This document shows positions 1 through 9,199 of a stretch of DNA of 50,353 bases, in pieces. Every line of letters begins with the position of its first letter. Positions within the stretch are counted from its first letter, which is position 1. Source of the DNA: Dehalococcoidia bacterium. GTDB taxonomy: Bacteria > Chloroflexota > Dehalococcoidia > DSTF01 > RBG-16-68-14. Location: assembly GCA_040882355.1 (NCBI GenBank), contig JBBEBM010000082.1:1-50353 (forward strand), read 5' to 3'. The notes beneath the pieces were generated by a model. That model did not search any database. It was not told where the DNA came from and worked only from the letters and a program-made list of their open reading frames with translations. Made by a program: the position numbers and the translations under genes.

Positions 1-144
1 GGCTGGCTCTAGGTCCGAACCAGCGCGGCAAGGGAGGGGGAGAGGTCGAAGCTTCGATTCCGTTCATGGCAATGGCCCACCAGCGCACCCGAGGAAGGGT
101 CCGCCCGCGAGTATGGCGCAATCTTGCCGCGACGCCACGACGGC

Positions 145-240
145 GGTCTCGACGATGCGCACCGTCCTCCGCATCAGGTCCACGTTGCCGACTCGCAGCG
201 CCGTGATCTCGCCTGCCCGCATCCCGCTGTACGCCGCCCG
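145..240 (-). pseudogene. Tyrosine recombinase/integrase fragment (box I region only)
   Basis: Within ORF 64..606, AAYSGMRAGEITALRVGNVDLMRRTVRI matches the integrase TG-x-R-x-x-E-l-x-x-L motif; the rest of the enzyme is absent. Confidence 0.6.
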
Positions 241-292
241 CCGCACGCGCATCCCGTGCTCCGGGTAGTGCTGCGGTTCTCCCCGCTGGCGT

Positions 293-502
293 CGGCCAAA
301 TCGCCGGGGTGATACCCCTCCCCCTCTGTAGTGCCAGATGATTTCGTTCTGAAAGTGTTCGACGCCCAACACGTCATCGAGCATGACCTTCAAATGGTGT
401 GAGGCGTGCCAGTCGCAATGAAGGTAGAGAGTGCCGGTGTCCTTGAGAACGCGCCACATCTCGATGACACGCTCTTTCATCCACTCAACGTAGTGGTTGA
501 TG
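293..502 (-). pseudogene. N4/N6 DNA methyltransferase internal fragment
   Basis: YVEWMKERVIEMWRVLKDTGTLYLHCDWHASHHLKVMLDDVLG..FQNEIIWHY is typical of beta-class MTases; no DPPY or FxGxG motif and no proper start. Confidence 0.75.
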
Positions 503-570
503 GCGCTCACCCGTCTCCCCCTCCACAGGCGGGCACGCGCCCGACGCGGGAGAGAGGATGGGGGTAAGGG
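501..570. repeat. Degenerate CCCTCTCCC/GGGAGAG hairpin repeat
   Basis: Shares TGGCGCTCACC with 621-631, followed by ..tctccc...gggagag.. Confidence 0.55.
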
Positions 571-581
571 CTGGAACTCGG

Positions 582-604
582 TTCCCGATCCGCTCGTACC
601 ACTC
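582..604 (-). repeat. 23-bp perfect direct repeat of the rarA 3' end (other copy 1153..1175)
   Basis: ttcccgatccgctcgtaccactc at both sites; encodes EWYERIG. Confidence 0.9.
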
Positions 605-606
605 AA

Positions 607-664
607 CCCTCACCCCGAGCTGGCGCTCACCCCTCTCCCGCCCGGCGCGGGAGAGGGGCTTGGG
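607..664. repeat. REP-like hairpin (CCCCTCTCCCGC...GCGGGAGAGGGG)
   Basis: Inverted repeat 630..658; 18 bp cgctcacccctctcccgc shared with 1071..1088. Confidence 0.75.
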
Positions 665-1028
665 TTCCGGCTGCGAACTCCTTTCGGATCCTATTGAGCA
701 CTCCGCCGATGTCTCGTTCCACCTCATCGCTTGGAACGCGAACGATCTTGAGGCGTCGTGCCCGGAGGAAACCGTCACGTTCGCGATCGTCGCCTCGCTG
801 CCCTTGGTGAATCGGCCCATCCACTTCGACGATGAGGCGTTCTTCAACGCAGTAGAAGTCCACGACATACCGCCCTATCGGATGTTGGCGGCGGAACTTC
901 CTGCCATCCAGCGACTTACGACGCAACGCAGCCCACAGCAGCGCCTCGCTTGTCGTCGAGTCCTGCCGCAGCGCCCGAGCCAGTCCTGTCCTCGGCCGCA
1001 TGGCTCTTGCTTTCGCGTCCCGACTCAC
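627..1028 (-). CDS. DUF559 / Vsr-like endonuclease domain protein
   Basis: ARALRQDSTTSEALLWAALR..KFRRQHPIGRYVVDFYC..LIVEVDGPIH; start may be ATG at 1001. Confidence 0.9.
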   Translation of the reverse strand: MSRDAKARAMRPRTGLARALRQDSTTSEALLWAALRRKSLDGRKFRRQHPIGRYVVDFYCVEERLIVEVDGPIHQGQRGDDRERDGFLRARRLKIVRVPSDEVERDIGGVLNRIRKEFAAGTQAPLPRRAGEG

Positions 1029-1070
1029 TCGATGGCCCTTTTGATCGTTTGCGCCCTTTCCTCGATCACG

Positions 1071-1145
1071 CGCTCACCCCTCTCCCGCGCCAGGCGGGAG
1101 AGGGCCTGCCCTCGAGCGAAGCGGAGGGGCTTGGGGAGAGGGTCA
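1071..1145. repeat. REP-like hairpin abutting the rarA stop
   Basis: ccctctcccgc..gcgggagaggg then ggggcttggggagagggtca. Confidence 0.75.
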
Positions 1146-2489
1146 CTCTCCCTTCCCGATCCGCTCGTACCACTCCTTGATCTTCGCCTCGTAGCCCAGG
1201 TCGCCGGGCTCGTAATAGCGGCGCCCGGCGAGGCGATCGGGCAGGTTCTGTTGCTCGACATAATGCTCGTCGAAGTCATGGGCGTACTTGTAGCCCTTGC
1301 CGTACCCCATCGAGCGCATCAGGCCGGTGACCGCGTTGCGCAGGTGCATCGGCACCGGCTCGCCCTGTGTCTCGCGGACGTCGGCCAGGGCGCGGCTGTA
1401 GCTGGTCATCGCGCTGTTGCTCTTGGGCGCCGTCGCCAGGTACAGGGCGCACTCGGCCATCGGCAGGAAGCCCTCGGGCAGCCCGATGAAGTGCACTGCC
1501 TGCTGACACGCCGTCGCGACGACGAGCGCCTGCGGGTCGGCGAGGCCGACGTCCTCCGCCGCCAGGATCACCATCCGCCGCACGATGAAGAGCGGGTCCT
1601 CGCCCGACTCGATCATGCGCGCGAGCCAGTAGAGCGAGGCGTCGGCGTCGGAGCCGCGCACCGACTTGATGAACGCGGAGATCGTGTCGTAGTGGGCGTC
1701 GCCCGACTTGTCGTAGAGGTACGTCCGGTGCTGGAGCGCTTCCTCGACGAGCTCGCGCGTGACGTGGCGAGCGCCCTTGTCGTCGGGCGGCGCGCTCGCC
1801 ACCGACATCTCGAGTGCGTTGAGGGCGATGCGCGCGTCGCCGCCCGTCGAGTTCGCCAGCGCCTCAAGCGCGTCGTCGTCGACCTGCACCGGTTCGCCGG
1901 CCAGCCCGCGTTCGTCTTCCAGCGCCCGGCGCAGTAGCACCTCGACCTGCTCCGGCTGGAGCGCGTGCAGCGCGAAGACCCGGCAGCGCGAGAGCAGCGG
2001 CCCGATCACCTCGAACGAGGGGTTTTCCGTGGTCGCGCCGATCAGCGTGATCGTCCCGTCCTCGACGTAGGGCAGCACGGCGTCCTGCTGCGCCTTGTTG
2101 AAGCGATGGATCTCGTCGATGAACAGGATGCTGCGGGTGCCCTCCAACGCGCGCCGCTCCTTCGCCTCGGCGATCACGCGCCGCAGGTCGGCCACTCCCG
2201 CCGAGACGGCGGATACCGGCGCGAAGCGCGCCTGCGTCATGCCCGCGATGATGCGCGCCAGCGTCGTCTTGCCCGTGCCGGGGGGCCCCCAGAGGATGAT
2301 CGAAGGCAGGCTGTCCGACTCGACGAGCCGGCGTAGGATGTGCCCCTCGCCGACCAGGTGCTCCTGCCCGACGAACTCATCGAACGAGCGCGGCCGCATC
2401 CGCGCGGGCAGCGGCGCCTCGCGCTGAAGCTGCTCATCGGCCGCCTGGTCGAACATGTCGGGCCCGCGCTGCGCCTTCCTCGGGGGCAT
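1143..2489 (-). CDS. rarA: Replication-associated recombination protein A (MgsA/RarA AAA+ ATPase)
   Basis: PLPARMRP, Walker [36 protein letters not shown]. Confidence 0.97.
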   Translation of the reverse strand: MPPRKAQRGPDMFDQAADEQLQREAPLPARMRPRSFDEFVGQEHLVGEGHILRRLVESDSLPSIILWGPPGTGKTTLARIIAGMTQARFAPVSAVSAGVADLRRVIAEAKERRALEGTRSILFIDEIHRFNKAQQDAVLPYVEDGTITLIGATTENPSFEVIGPLLSRCRVFALHALQPEQVEVLLRRALEDERGLAGEPVQVDDDALEALANSTGGDARIALNALEMSVASAPPDDKGARHVTRELVEEALQHRTYLYDKSGDAHYDTISAFIKSVRGSDADASLYWLARMIESGEDPLFIVRRMVILAAEDVGLADPQALVVATACQQAVHFIGLPEGFLPMAECALYLATAPKSNSAMTSYSRALADVRETQGEPVPMHLRNAVTGLMRSMGYGKGYKYAHDFDEHYVEQQNLPDRLAGRRYYEPGDLGYEAKIKEWYERIGKGE

Positions 2490-2661
2490 GGCGGTTCCAT
2501 TGTAGTCGATGAACGTAGGGGAAATGCCGAGGGCGCTTGAGGGCGGCGCTGCGCTACGCTCTGCGCGGTGCTTCGCCCATCGATCCTTAGTAGTGTTCGT
2601 CCTACTGCAGAATGGGCCAGCGTTGGCCGATCCTCACGACAGCCACCGAGGGAGGAAGGCA

Positions 2662-3417
2662 ATGACAGTCGCGCACGCTCCCATCGAAGTTGGCGCCGCG
2701 GCGCCTCAGGTCAAGCTAGCCAGGACCAGTGGCAGGCCCATTCAGCTCGCTTCTCTCTGGAAGAAGCGGCCGCTGGTGCTGCAGTTCCTGCCGCCCATCG
2801 GCAGCCCCTTCGGTGAGGACGACGCGGTCCGGCTGCGCGATGGCCGGGAGGCGTTCTCCAAGGCCGGCGCGCAGATCGTGGCTGTCTGCCGGGCCACGTC
2901 CCAGGAAGCCAAAGCGTTCGACGCGCGCTGGAGCCTGGGCTATGACCTCCTTCGCGACGTGGAAGGCGCTGCCTTCGACGTGTTCGGTGTGACGGAAGAG
3001 CGTCCCGGGAGCTTCGTGATCGAGACGACCGGCGCCCTCAGCTACGTGCACCGCAACCAGGGCCAGGACGACAGCCCGTCGATGTGGGAGATCATCGACG
3101 CCGTCTGCGACCTGACCGGCGCCACCGTGGAACGGCCGCGTCTCACGCTTGTGAATCTGGACGCGGAGGACTTAGGGGAGCTGGACCCGTCGACCGGTGT
3201 CCGCAGCGCCGCGCTCGACTTCGTTTGCGGCAAGTGCGGAAACACCTCGTACGAGGTCGATACGTTTCCGACGGCGAGCGGCGGCGTCTCGCGGCTGTTT
3301 GGCGACCAGCAACGGAAGCTCTCCGCCGTGAGCTGCACGAACTGCAAGTACACGGAGCTCTACAAGGCGGAAGGGCTCTCCCTCGTCCACGCCTTCGAGA
3401 TCCGCGCGACCGTGTAG
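2662..3417 (+). CDS. Peroxiredoxin/AhpC-like domain (no catalytic Cys) fused to a C-terminal Zn-ribbon (DUF2082-like)
   Basis: GAAAPQVKL..SLWKKRPLVLQF..GAQIVAV redoxin pattern; CGKCGN...CTNCKYTELY; GGAGG upstream of ATG 2662. Confidence 0.7.
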   Translation: MTVAHAPIEVGAAAPQVKLARTSGRPIQLASLWKKRPLVLQFLPPIGSPFGEDDAVRLRDGREAFSKAGAQIVAVCRATSQEAKAFDARWSLGYDLLRDVEGAAFDVFGVTEERPGSFVIETTGALSYVHRNQGQDDSPSMWEIIDAVCDLTGATVERPRLTLVNLDAEDLGELDPSTGVRSAALDFVCGKCGNTSYEVDTFPTASGGVSRLFGDQQRKLSAVSCTNCKYTELYKAEGLSLVHAFEIRATV

Positions 3418-3422
3418 CGAGG

Positions 3423-4226
3423 CTACGCGTCCACCTGATGGAAGTCAGGCTCGCGCTTCTCGACGAAGGAGCGCACGGCCTCCTTGAACGTCGGACGGCG
3501 CTGGGCAGCGACGAACTCGCGCATCTCGTTACGCATGATCTCGCCGAGCCGGCCGTCGCCGATGTGCTGCCACGTCTCGCGCTTGATCGCGAGCAGCGAC
3601 TCGGCCGGGTTGAACGCGATCTCGGCCGCGGTCGAGATCGCTTCGTCGAGCAGCTTGCCCGCGTCGACGACGCGGTTGACCAGCCCGATCCGCCCCGCCT
3701 CCTCGCCGCTGATGATCCGCCCGCTCAGCATCAGCTCCAGCGCCTGCGTGAGCCCCACGATGTGCGGCAGGATGTAGGTGCTCGCCAGCTCCGGCAGCAC
3801 GCCGACGCGCACGAAGCGCATCGAGAGCCGCGCTTGCGGCGATGCGATGCGCACGTCGCAGGGCAGCGTGATCGTCAGCCCGGCGCCGATCGCCGGGCCG
3901 TTGATCGCGCAGACCACCGGCTTCGAGCGGATGATGAAGTCCGTCCACGACTCCTCCTCGCGCCGCTCCCGTCCCTGCTGGCCGTTGCCCTGCTCCGAGC
4001 GCTCGATCTGGCGGTTCCAGCCGCTGATGTCGGCGCCCGCGCAAAATGCGCGGCCCTCTCCTGTGAGCACGATTGCGCCGACGCCCGCGTCCTCGTTCCA
4101 CGCGTCGATCTGCTGGCGCGCCTCGCCCATCATCGTCGGGTGGAGCGCGTTCAGCCGCCTGTCATTGTTGAACTTGAGGACGCCCACCCGCCCGTGCTGT
4201 TCAGCGATGATCATCTCGTGGGCCAT
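3423..4226 (-). CDS. Enoyl-CoA hydratase/isomerase family protein
   Basis: LTGEGRAFCAGAD, KPVVCAINGPAIGAG. Confidence 0.95.
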   Translation of the reverse strand: MAHEMIIAEQHGRVGVLKFNNDRRLNALHPTMMGEARQQIDAWNEDAGVGAIVLTGEGRAFCAGADISGWNRQIERSEQGNGQQGRERREEESWTDFIIRSKPVVCAINGPAIGAGLTITLPCDVRIASPQARLSMRFVRVGVLPELASTYILPHIVGLTQALELMLSGRIISGEEAGRIGLVNRVVDAGKLLDEAISTAAEIAFNPAESLLAIKRETWQHIGDGRLGEIMRNEMREFVAAQRRPTFKEAVRSFVEKREPDFHQVDA

Positions 4227-4373
4227 GGGAGACCTCCTCTACAGAATGAATCCCGTTCAGCGCCGCTAGTATAGCAGTTTGCCGGCGAGTCAAGGATCGA
4301 GCACGTGAACCCGGAAACAATTGAACCTGGGAACCGAGGCGAGCGCGAGCGGTCAGAGGCCATGCCGCCGATT

Positions 4374-4964
4374 TCAGTCGGCGGTCGGTAGCACCGCTTT
4401 CGTCATGAAGACCGCGATGCCCAGGAAGTCCGGCTCGGTCTGCCGCTCGCGGTCGTCGTTGCGATAGAAGGCGTCGTGGAAGCCGGCGATACGGAAGCCG
4501 CGGGCGACCGCGAACTCGATCGCGTTGCGGTTGTCGGTCTGCGCCTCCCACTGCACGGCGCGCAGCCCGCGCTCGCGCGCGAACGCCTCCGCGTCTTCCA
4601 CAAACCACCGCCCGATGCCGCGCCCCCGGTATCGCGCCTCGACGACGATAGCGTCGATCTCCACCGTGCGGTTCCACTGCTCGCGCAGCGCCACGAAGCC
4701 CGCGACGCGCCCGTCGACCTCGGCGACGACGAACCGGTCGGCGCGCAGCGCCTCGTCGGCAGGCCAGGTCTCGTCTGTTCCGAAGCTACGCGTGCTGCCC
4801 TCGGGCTTCACCTTGCGCCAGCGCAGCTCGATCGTTTGCTCGATAGCGTCGCCGCCCCGTCCGACGACAAGCACCCACTCGTTGCCGAATGAGCTGTCGA
4901 GGGCCGCGAGCGCGGGCAGGTCGTCGGTCGTGCCGTCGCGCAGACGGAAGGCCTCGTTTGCCAT
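4374..4964 (-). CDS. GNAT N-acetyltransferase (streptothricin acetyltransferase-like)
   Basis: IVVEARYRGRGIG, EAQTDNRNAIEF..GF.IAGF; start MANEAF at 4964 inside the long ORF 4374..5921. Confidence 0.85.
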   Translation of the reverse strand: MANEAFRLRDGTTDDLPALAALDSSFGNEWVLVVGRGGDAIEQTIELRWRKVKPEGSTRSFGTDETWPADEALRADRFVVAEVDGRVAGFVALREQWNRTVEIDAIVVEARYRGRGIGRWFVEDAEAFARERGLRAVQWEAQTDNRNAIEFAVARGFRIAGFHDAFYRNDDRERQTEPDFLGIAVFMTKAVLPTAD

Positions 4965-4990
4965 GGGGGCCACTCTCGACTTGGGCGCCG

Positions 4991-5821
4991 TTAGCCCGCG
5001 TCGGCGGGCGCTTGCGAGCTGGGGAAGTCGATCTGATAGGTACGGTAGAGCCAGGGGATGCGCAGGATGCCGAGCAGGTTCAGCCCGAGCACGATCAGCA
5101 GCACCCCCGCGACCTTCTCGATCATCGGCAGGTGGTCGCGAACGACGTAGCCGACGGCGCCCACCGACGCGCCCAGCGCGACGAACACCGCCGAGAAGCC
5201 CAGCACGAAGGCGAGCGAGTGCCGGAACGTGACGCCGCGCTGCTCGTCCGCCGCCTCGACCGCCGAGACGCCGGCAAGGTGCGCCAGGTAAGCCGGCACC
5301 ATCGGCAGCGTGCAGGGCGAGAGGAAGGCGATGACGCCCGCGCCAAACGCGACGATGAAGCCGGCGGGGCTGGCGACGTCGATGCCAGTGAGGTTGTCCT
5401 CGGTGCCGGTGACTGTGTCTGCGCCGAGCGTGAAGTACTCGTTGAAGATCGTGAACCGGTCGAGAAAAATCAGCGCGCCGATGACGATCACCAGCACCCC
5501 GCCCACGATCTCCAGGGCCGGCATCAGGGGCCGGATCTTGCGCATGCCCGTCATCATCCGGCCCAGCATCAGCCCGGCGATGAGGAACGGGATGCCGAGC
5601 CCTAGCGACCACGCTGCGAGTAGGAACGTGCCCTGCAGCACCGTCGCGCTCGATGCGGCCAGCGTGAGGATCGCGCCCAGGATCGGCCCGATGCACGGCG
5701 TCCACCCCACCGCGAACGCCGACCCGATGCCGAACGACTTGCCGTAGCGCACGACGGCGGGCACGCGCTCGACCACGGCGGTCGGCGCTTCGGGCGTCGG
5801 TACGGTCGGTTTTACGGCCAT
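4991..5821 (-). CDS. ccdA: Cytochrome c biogenesis protein CcdA with its two halves in swapped order
   Basis: GWTPCIGPILG precedes AFLSPCTLP; hydrophobic multi-TM protein. Confidence 0.9.
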   Translation of the reverse strand: MAVKPTVPTPEAPTAVVERVPAVVRYGKSFGIGSAFAVGWTPCIGPILGAILTLAASSATVLQGTFLLAAWSLGLGIPFLIAGLMLGRMMTGMRKIRPLMPALEIVGGVLVIVIGALIFLDRFTIFNEYFTLGADTVTGTEDNLTGIDVASPAGFIVAFGAGVIAFLSPCTLPMVPAYLAHLAGVSAVEAADEQRGVTFRHSLAFVLGFSAVFVALGASVGAVGYVVRDHLPMIEKVAGVLLIVLGLNLLGILRIPWLYRTYQIDFPSSQAPADAG

Positions 5822-5823
5822 CG

Positions 5824-6060
5824 TTACGCGGTGCTCCCAAAGGGATCTTCGTCCTGCGGGCCGCCCAGGCCCAACAAGGCCAGCCGCGCCTCGTCGAAGC
5901 GCTCCTTGGCGCGCGCCTCACGATTGAGTAGCCCCTTCAACTGCGGCGGGTCCAGCGCCTCGCCCTCCAGGAAGACGCGATGGAGCGTCTGAAGCTGCTC
6001 CTGCCAGGCATCGTAGGCCTGGCGATACTCCTCCTGGTGCTGTGGTTCGACGCGGACCAT
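5824..6060 (-). CDS. Small helical hypothetical protein
   Basis: 78 aa, host-like codon usage, stop 2 nt before the ccdA start. Confidence 0.7.
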   Translation of the reverse strand: MVRVEPQHQEEYRQAYDAWQEQLQTLHRVFLEGEALDPPQLKGLLNREARAKERFDEARLALLGLGGPQDEDPFGSTA

Positions 6061-6085
6061 CGGCCTCAGATTCAGTATACGGCGG

Positions 6086-6826
6086 CTACGCGTCCGCGAG
6101 CCACGACACGAGCGTATCGGCCGTCTCCCGCAGGATCTCGAAGCGAGGCGGCTCCGGCCACGCGCTGTGCGGGAGGCCCTCGATCAGGCGGATACGATCG
6201 CCCGGCTTGCACTCGACCGCGACCGCACGCATCTCATCGACGGGGATCAGATGGTCGGCGGTGCCGAATACGATGTCCGCCGGCACCGACAGCCGGTGAT
6301 ACAGGTCCAGGAAGTCGATCTGCGCCGCCTCGCGCCAGAAGTCCCAGCGCACGCGCTGGCCGTCCTCCTCCATCCACTGCCCGGTCATCAACGAGAAGTC
6401 GACGTTGAGCATCGGCCCCGGGCTCCAGAGCGCCAGCCCGCGCAGAGTGTCGCCCAGCCGGACGGCCGCGGCCAGCGCCGCGCGACCGCCCATGCTCTGC
6501 CCCAGCAGCGCAACCGCTGCTCCAGCCTCGACATGCATTCGCACAGCGTGCTCGATCGTGTCGATCCACGTCGTGAATGAGGACTCTTCGAAGGCCCGCT
6601 CGGCGTCGCCGCTGCCCGGCTGGTCGAATCGGAAGGTCGAGACGCCGCGCTCGGCCAGCGCCCGCGCCAGGTCGACGAAGTAGCGCGACGGCCCGATCTT
6701 GCTCGACTTGAAGCCGTGCGCCATCACCACGACACGGCGACTCTCAGGCTCTGCGTGGTGGAAGACCGCCGCCGTGCGACAGCCCGCCAGCTCGACGAAA
6801 CGGAGCTCTTCGGTCGGGGCGCTCAT
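6086..6826 (-). CDS. Alpha/beta hydrolase
   Basis: HGF, RFDQPGSGD, GQSMG nucleophile elbow, GTAD, C-terminal His. Confidence 0.9.
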   Translation of the reverse strand: MSAPTEELRFVELAGCRTAAVFHHAEPESRRVVVMAHGFKSSKIGPSRYFVDLARALAERGVSTFRFDQPGSGDAERAFEESSFTTWIDTIEHAVRMHVEAGAAVALLGQSMGGRAALAAAVRLGDTLRGLALWSPGPMLNVDFSLMTGQWMEEDGQRVRWDFWREAAQIDFLDLYHRLSVPADIVFGTADHLIPVDEMRAVAVECKPGDRIRLIEGLPHSAWPEPPRFEILRETADTLVSWLADA

Positions 6827-6838
6827 GCTCTGCCGCGG

Positions 6839-8299
6839 TCAGCCTTCGCCGCGCTCGCTCCACCACTGACGCCAGCGCGCGAGGGCGGACGCCGCGCGCT
6901 CCGGTGTCGGGAAGACGGCGAGCTTCGCGTCGACGAGCTGCTGGCGGGCGCTTTCGACGGCGCGCCAGCGCTCTTCGTCCGGCGAGTCGGCCGGGCCGAG
7001 CACGAACGCGACGGGCTTGGGCGACGCGCGCCCGATCTCGACGAAGCGCTCGACGATGTGCCCGAGCCGCCGGTGGAAATCGGGCCGGCCCAGCACCCAG
7101 TCCTCGCCCACGTTGGCGACTAGCAAGTCGAAGTCCGGGCTCTTGGCCATCATGTCGAGGATCGCCGCGCCCGAGACGCCGGCGCCGGTGCCCGCCAGGA
7201 TCGACTGGTCGACGGGGTTGCCGATCCAGTCCCAGAGCGGCGAGCGCTCTTTGATCTGCTGGCGGATCGCGTCGGGCAGCGGCGGCACATCGAGCCCTTG
7301 CTCCACGCAGGCGTCTGCCGTCTGCACGCCTCGTCCGCCGCCCCCGCCCACGATGCCCGCTCGGCGACCAGGCGCGCCTTCGGGCCTCGGCAGCAGCGCG
7401 AACGCGACGAGCAGGTCGATCAGCTCGTCCTGCGAGTACACCTGGACCGCGCCCGCCTGGTGCAGCGCGGCGCTCCAGACCTCGCTCGCGCCGGCGAGCG
7501 CCGCTGTGTGCGAGACGGCGCTGCGCGCGCCCGCGCTCGTGCGGCCGCCCTTGAGGACGACGACTGGCTTCGCCTGCGCCGCGGTGCGCAAAGCGCCCAA
7601 GAACCGCCGCCCGTCGCGCGCGCCTTCGATGTACATGCCGATCGCCTTCGTCGCGCCGTCCTGCGCGAGGTGGCGGAGGAAGTCCGACTCGTCCAGGTCG
7701 AGCGCGTTGCCGTAGCTCAGCGCGGTGCTGAAGCCGATGCCGCGCACGTCGGCGTGCAGCAGCACCTCCGTCGTCGCGTTGCCGCTCTGCGAGAGAAATG
7801 CCGCCGCACCGACGCGTCGCGGCAGGTCCGGGCGGAACGAGATGCCCCAGCCCGGGTCGTGCACCCCCATGCAGTTCGGTCCGATCAGGCGGACGCCCGT
7901 CGCGCGCGCCCGTTCGAGCACGGCGCGTTCGAGGTCGGCGGCGTCGGCGCGGCCCGTTTCGCTGAAGCGGCCCGTGAAGAGCTGGACGGCGCGCACGCCC
8001 TTCTCCGCGCAGGCGTCGAGCAGGTCGAGCACCCCCTCCGACGGGATGCACGAGATCACGAAGTCGATCTCGTCCGGAATCGCGCGCACGTCAGCGTAAG
8101 TGGTCAGTCCCAGGATCTCAGTCTCGCGCGGGTGGACAGGGTAGACGGGCCCCGCGAACCCGAAATCGATCAGCGAGCGCAGGTAGTCGTGGCCCGGGCT
8201 GTCCGGGTTCGTGGACGCGCCCACGACCGCGATCGAGCGCGGGTGCAGGATCGCGCTCAGGTCGGCGCTCGCCGGCTCGGTCGATTTGGGTGCTGGCAT
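6839..8299 (-). CDS. CoA-binding acyl-CoA synthetase (NDP-forming) alpha-type subunit
   Basis: SIAVVGAS, LIGPNCMG, SQSG, SHTAALAG phospho-His, NPVD. Confidence 0.9.
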   Translation of the reverse strand: MPAPKSTEPASADLSAILHPRSIAVVGASTNPDSPGHDYLRSLIDFGFAGPVYPVHPRETEILGLTTYADVRAIPDEIDFVISCIPSEGVLDLLDACAEKGVRAVQLFTGRFSETGRADAADLERAVLERARATGVRLIGPNCMGVHDPGWGISFRPDLPRRVGAAAFLSQSGNATTEVLLHADVRGIGFSTALSYGNALDLDESDFLRHLAQDGATKAIGMYIEGARDGRRFLGALRTAAQAKPVVVLKGGRTSAGARSAVSHTAALAGASEVWSAALHQAGAVQVYSQDELIDLLVAFALLPRPEGAPGRRAGIVGGGGGRGVQTADACVEQGLDVPPLPDAIRQQIKERSPLWDWIGNPVDQSILAGTGAGVSGAAILDMMAKSPDFDLLVANVGEDWVLGRPDFHRRLGHIVERFVEIGRASPKPVAFVLGPADSPDEERWRAVESARQQLVDAKLAVFPTPERAASALARWRQWWSERGEG

Positions 8300-8395
8300 G
8301 GGCGTTCGAGACGGAGTGTATCGGGCGCGCTGAGCGCGGACAAACGGTCGATCATCTCCTTGACTCGCCTGCGAATGCCCAGATTCTTAAGAGAT

Positions 8396-8480
8396 GGGGT
8401 GCAGGGGGCGTAGCGCCCCTGCCGGGGGTCTGGGGGTGTCCCCCCGTTTCCAATACATTTCTGGGCGGGTGGGTGGGAGA
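8396..8480. repeat. Dispersed GC-rich palindromic repeat / MITE-like element
   Basis: gcagggggcg-tag-cgccccctgc hairpin plus ggggtctgggggtgtcccc; the distal part recurs inverted at 50317..50346. Confidence 0.65.
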
Positions 8481-8592
8481 GAAGAAGTACCCTCCTAGAC
8501 GATCATGCGCGAGCGTTCCTATCTGTCACCCGCCGGCGCCCTCTGGATGCTGCGGGACTCATCCCGCAGACTGGTTCGCACTATGCCGCGGC

Positions 8593-8617
8593 GCCGAGCC
8601 TGGAAAGGCTCGGCTAC
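8593..8617 (-). repeat. GTAG-type REP (GTAGCCGAGCCT-N4-AGGCTCGGC)
   Basis: Hairpin overlapping the stop codon at 8614; second copy at 41107..41134. Confidence 0.75.
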
Positions 8618-9105
8618 GGGTGCGCGGGCTCGTACGCAGGCGCGGGCGCGTATTCAGCGGTTTCGGTAGAATCCGCGCTGGCTTGCAGCGCCGACCGGGC
8701 GACGAACAGGAGATACGCCGCGCCCACCGCCTCCAAGGCCAGGTCCGCCTTCGAGATGTCGAAGTCCCAGCGCTTGCCCCGTTGGGGGTAGCGCTTGAAC
8801 GGCATCAGCCAGGGCACGTGGCCGCCGTCCCAGAGGTCGCCGACCAGGTGGACGAAGTACGCCAGCGCAAAGGCAGCGCCGGCCTGCGGCCCGAACAGAC
8901 GCCCGGTGAGTGTCGAGAGGGCCGCTCCCATCAGCGGCGTGTGGCCGATGTGCCGCGCCGTCGGCGTCAGGTCCAGCACCCACGACAGCGTCTTGTCGAT
9001 CGCGTCCGGCACCAGCGCCCCGCCGAGCGACGGCGGCGGGCTGCGGTCGATGCCCGCGAATCGGTTCGCCAGTAGCGCGGACGCGAAGTGAGCGATTGGG
9101 TACAT
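8614..9105 (-). CDS. Membrane metal-dependent hydrolase (YdjM-like)
   Basis: N-terminal H, GALVPDAIDK, RHIGHT, HLVGD, WLMP. Confidence 0.8.
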   Translation of the reverse strand: MYPIAHFASALLANRFAGIDRSPPPSLGGALVPDAIDKTLSWVLDLTPTARHIGHTPLMGAALSTLTGRLFGPQAGAAFALAYFVHLVGDLWDGGHVPWLMPFKRYPQRGKRWDFDISKADLALEAVGAAYLLFVARSALQASADSTETAEYAPAPAYEPAHP

Positions 9106-9199
9106 GGCCTACGAAGTGTATCGGCACCCCGTGCCGAGGCGGTAGTTGTGCTCCTGGGCGCGGTTTGGGGCCGCATGTCGCATGGTTTACGATGCGGTC

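Noticed and set aside
1..90. TTCGATTCC resembling a tRNA T-loop or att site near the integrase fragment
   Set aside because: No T-stem or acceptor stem can be built
558..1937. Long antisense and alternative-frame ORFs (e.g. 558..1937, 6744..8051, 20932..22587, 28298..29917, 37004..39259)
   Set aside because: Shadow ORFs expected at high GC; Arg/Ala/Pro-rich, overlapping well-supported genes, no motifs
4306..4335. Short tandem TGAACC(C/T)GG(A/G)AAC units
   Set aside because: Only two degenerate copies, with no partner or associated gene
3421..6095. 12-bp repeat GGCTACGCGTCC at the ends of two genes (3421, 6084)
   Set aside because: Explained by both proteins ending D-A-TAG; too short in GC-rich DNA
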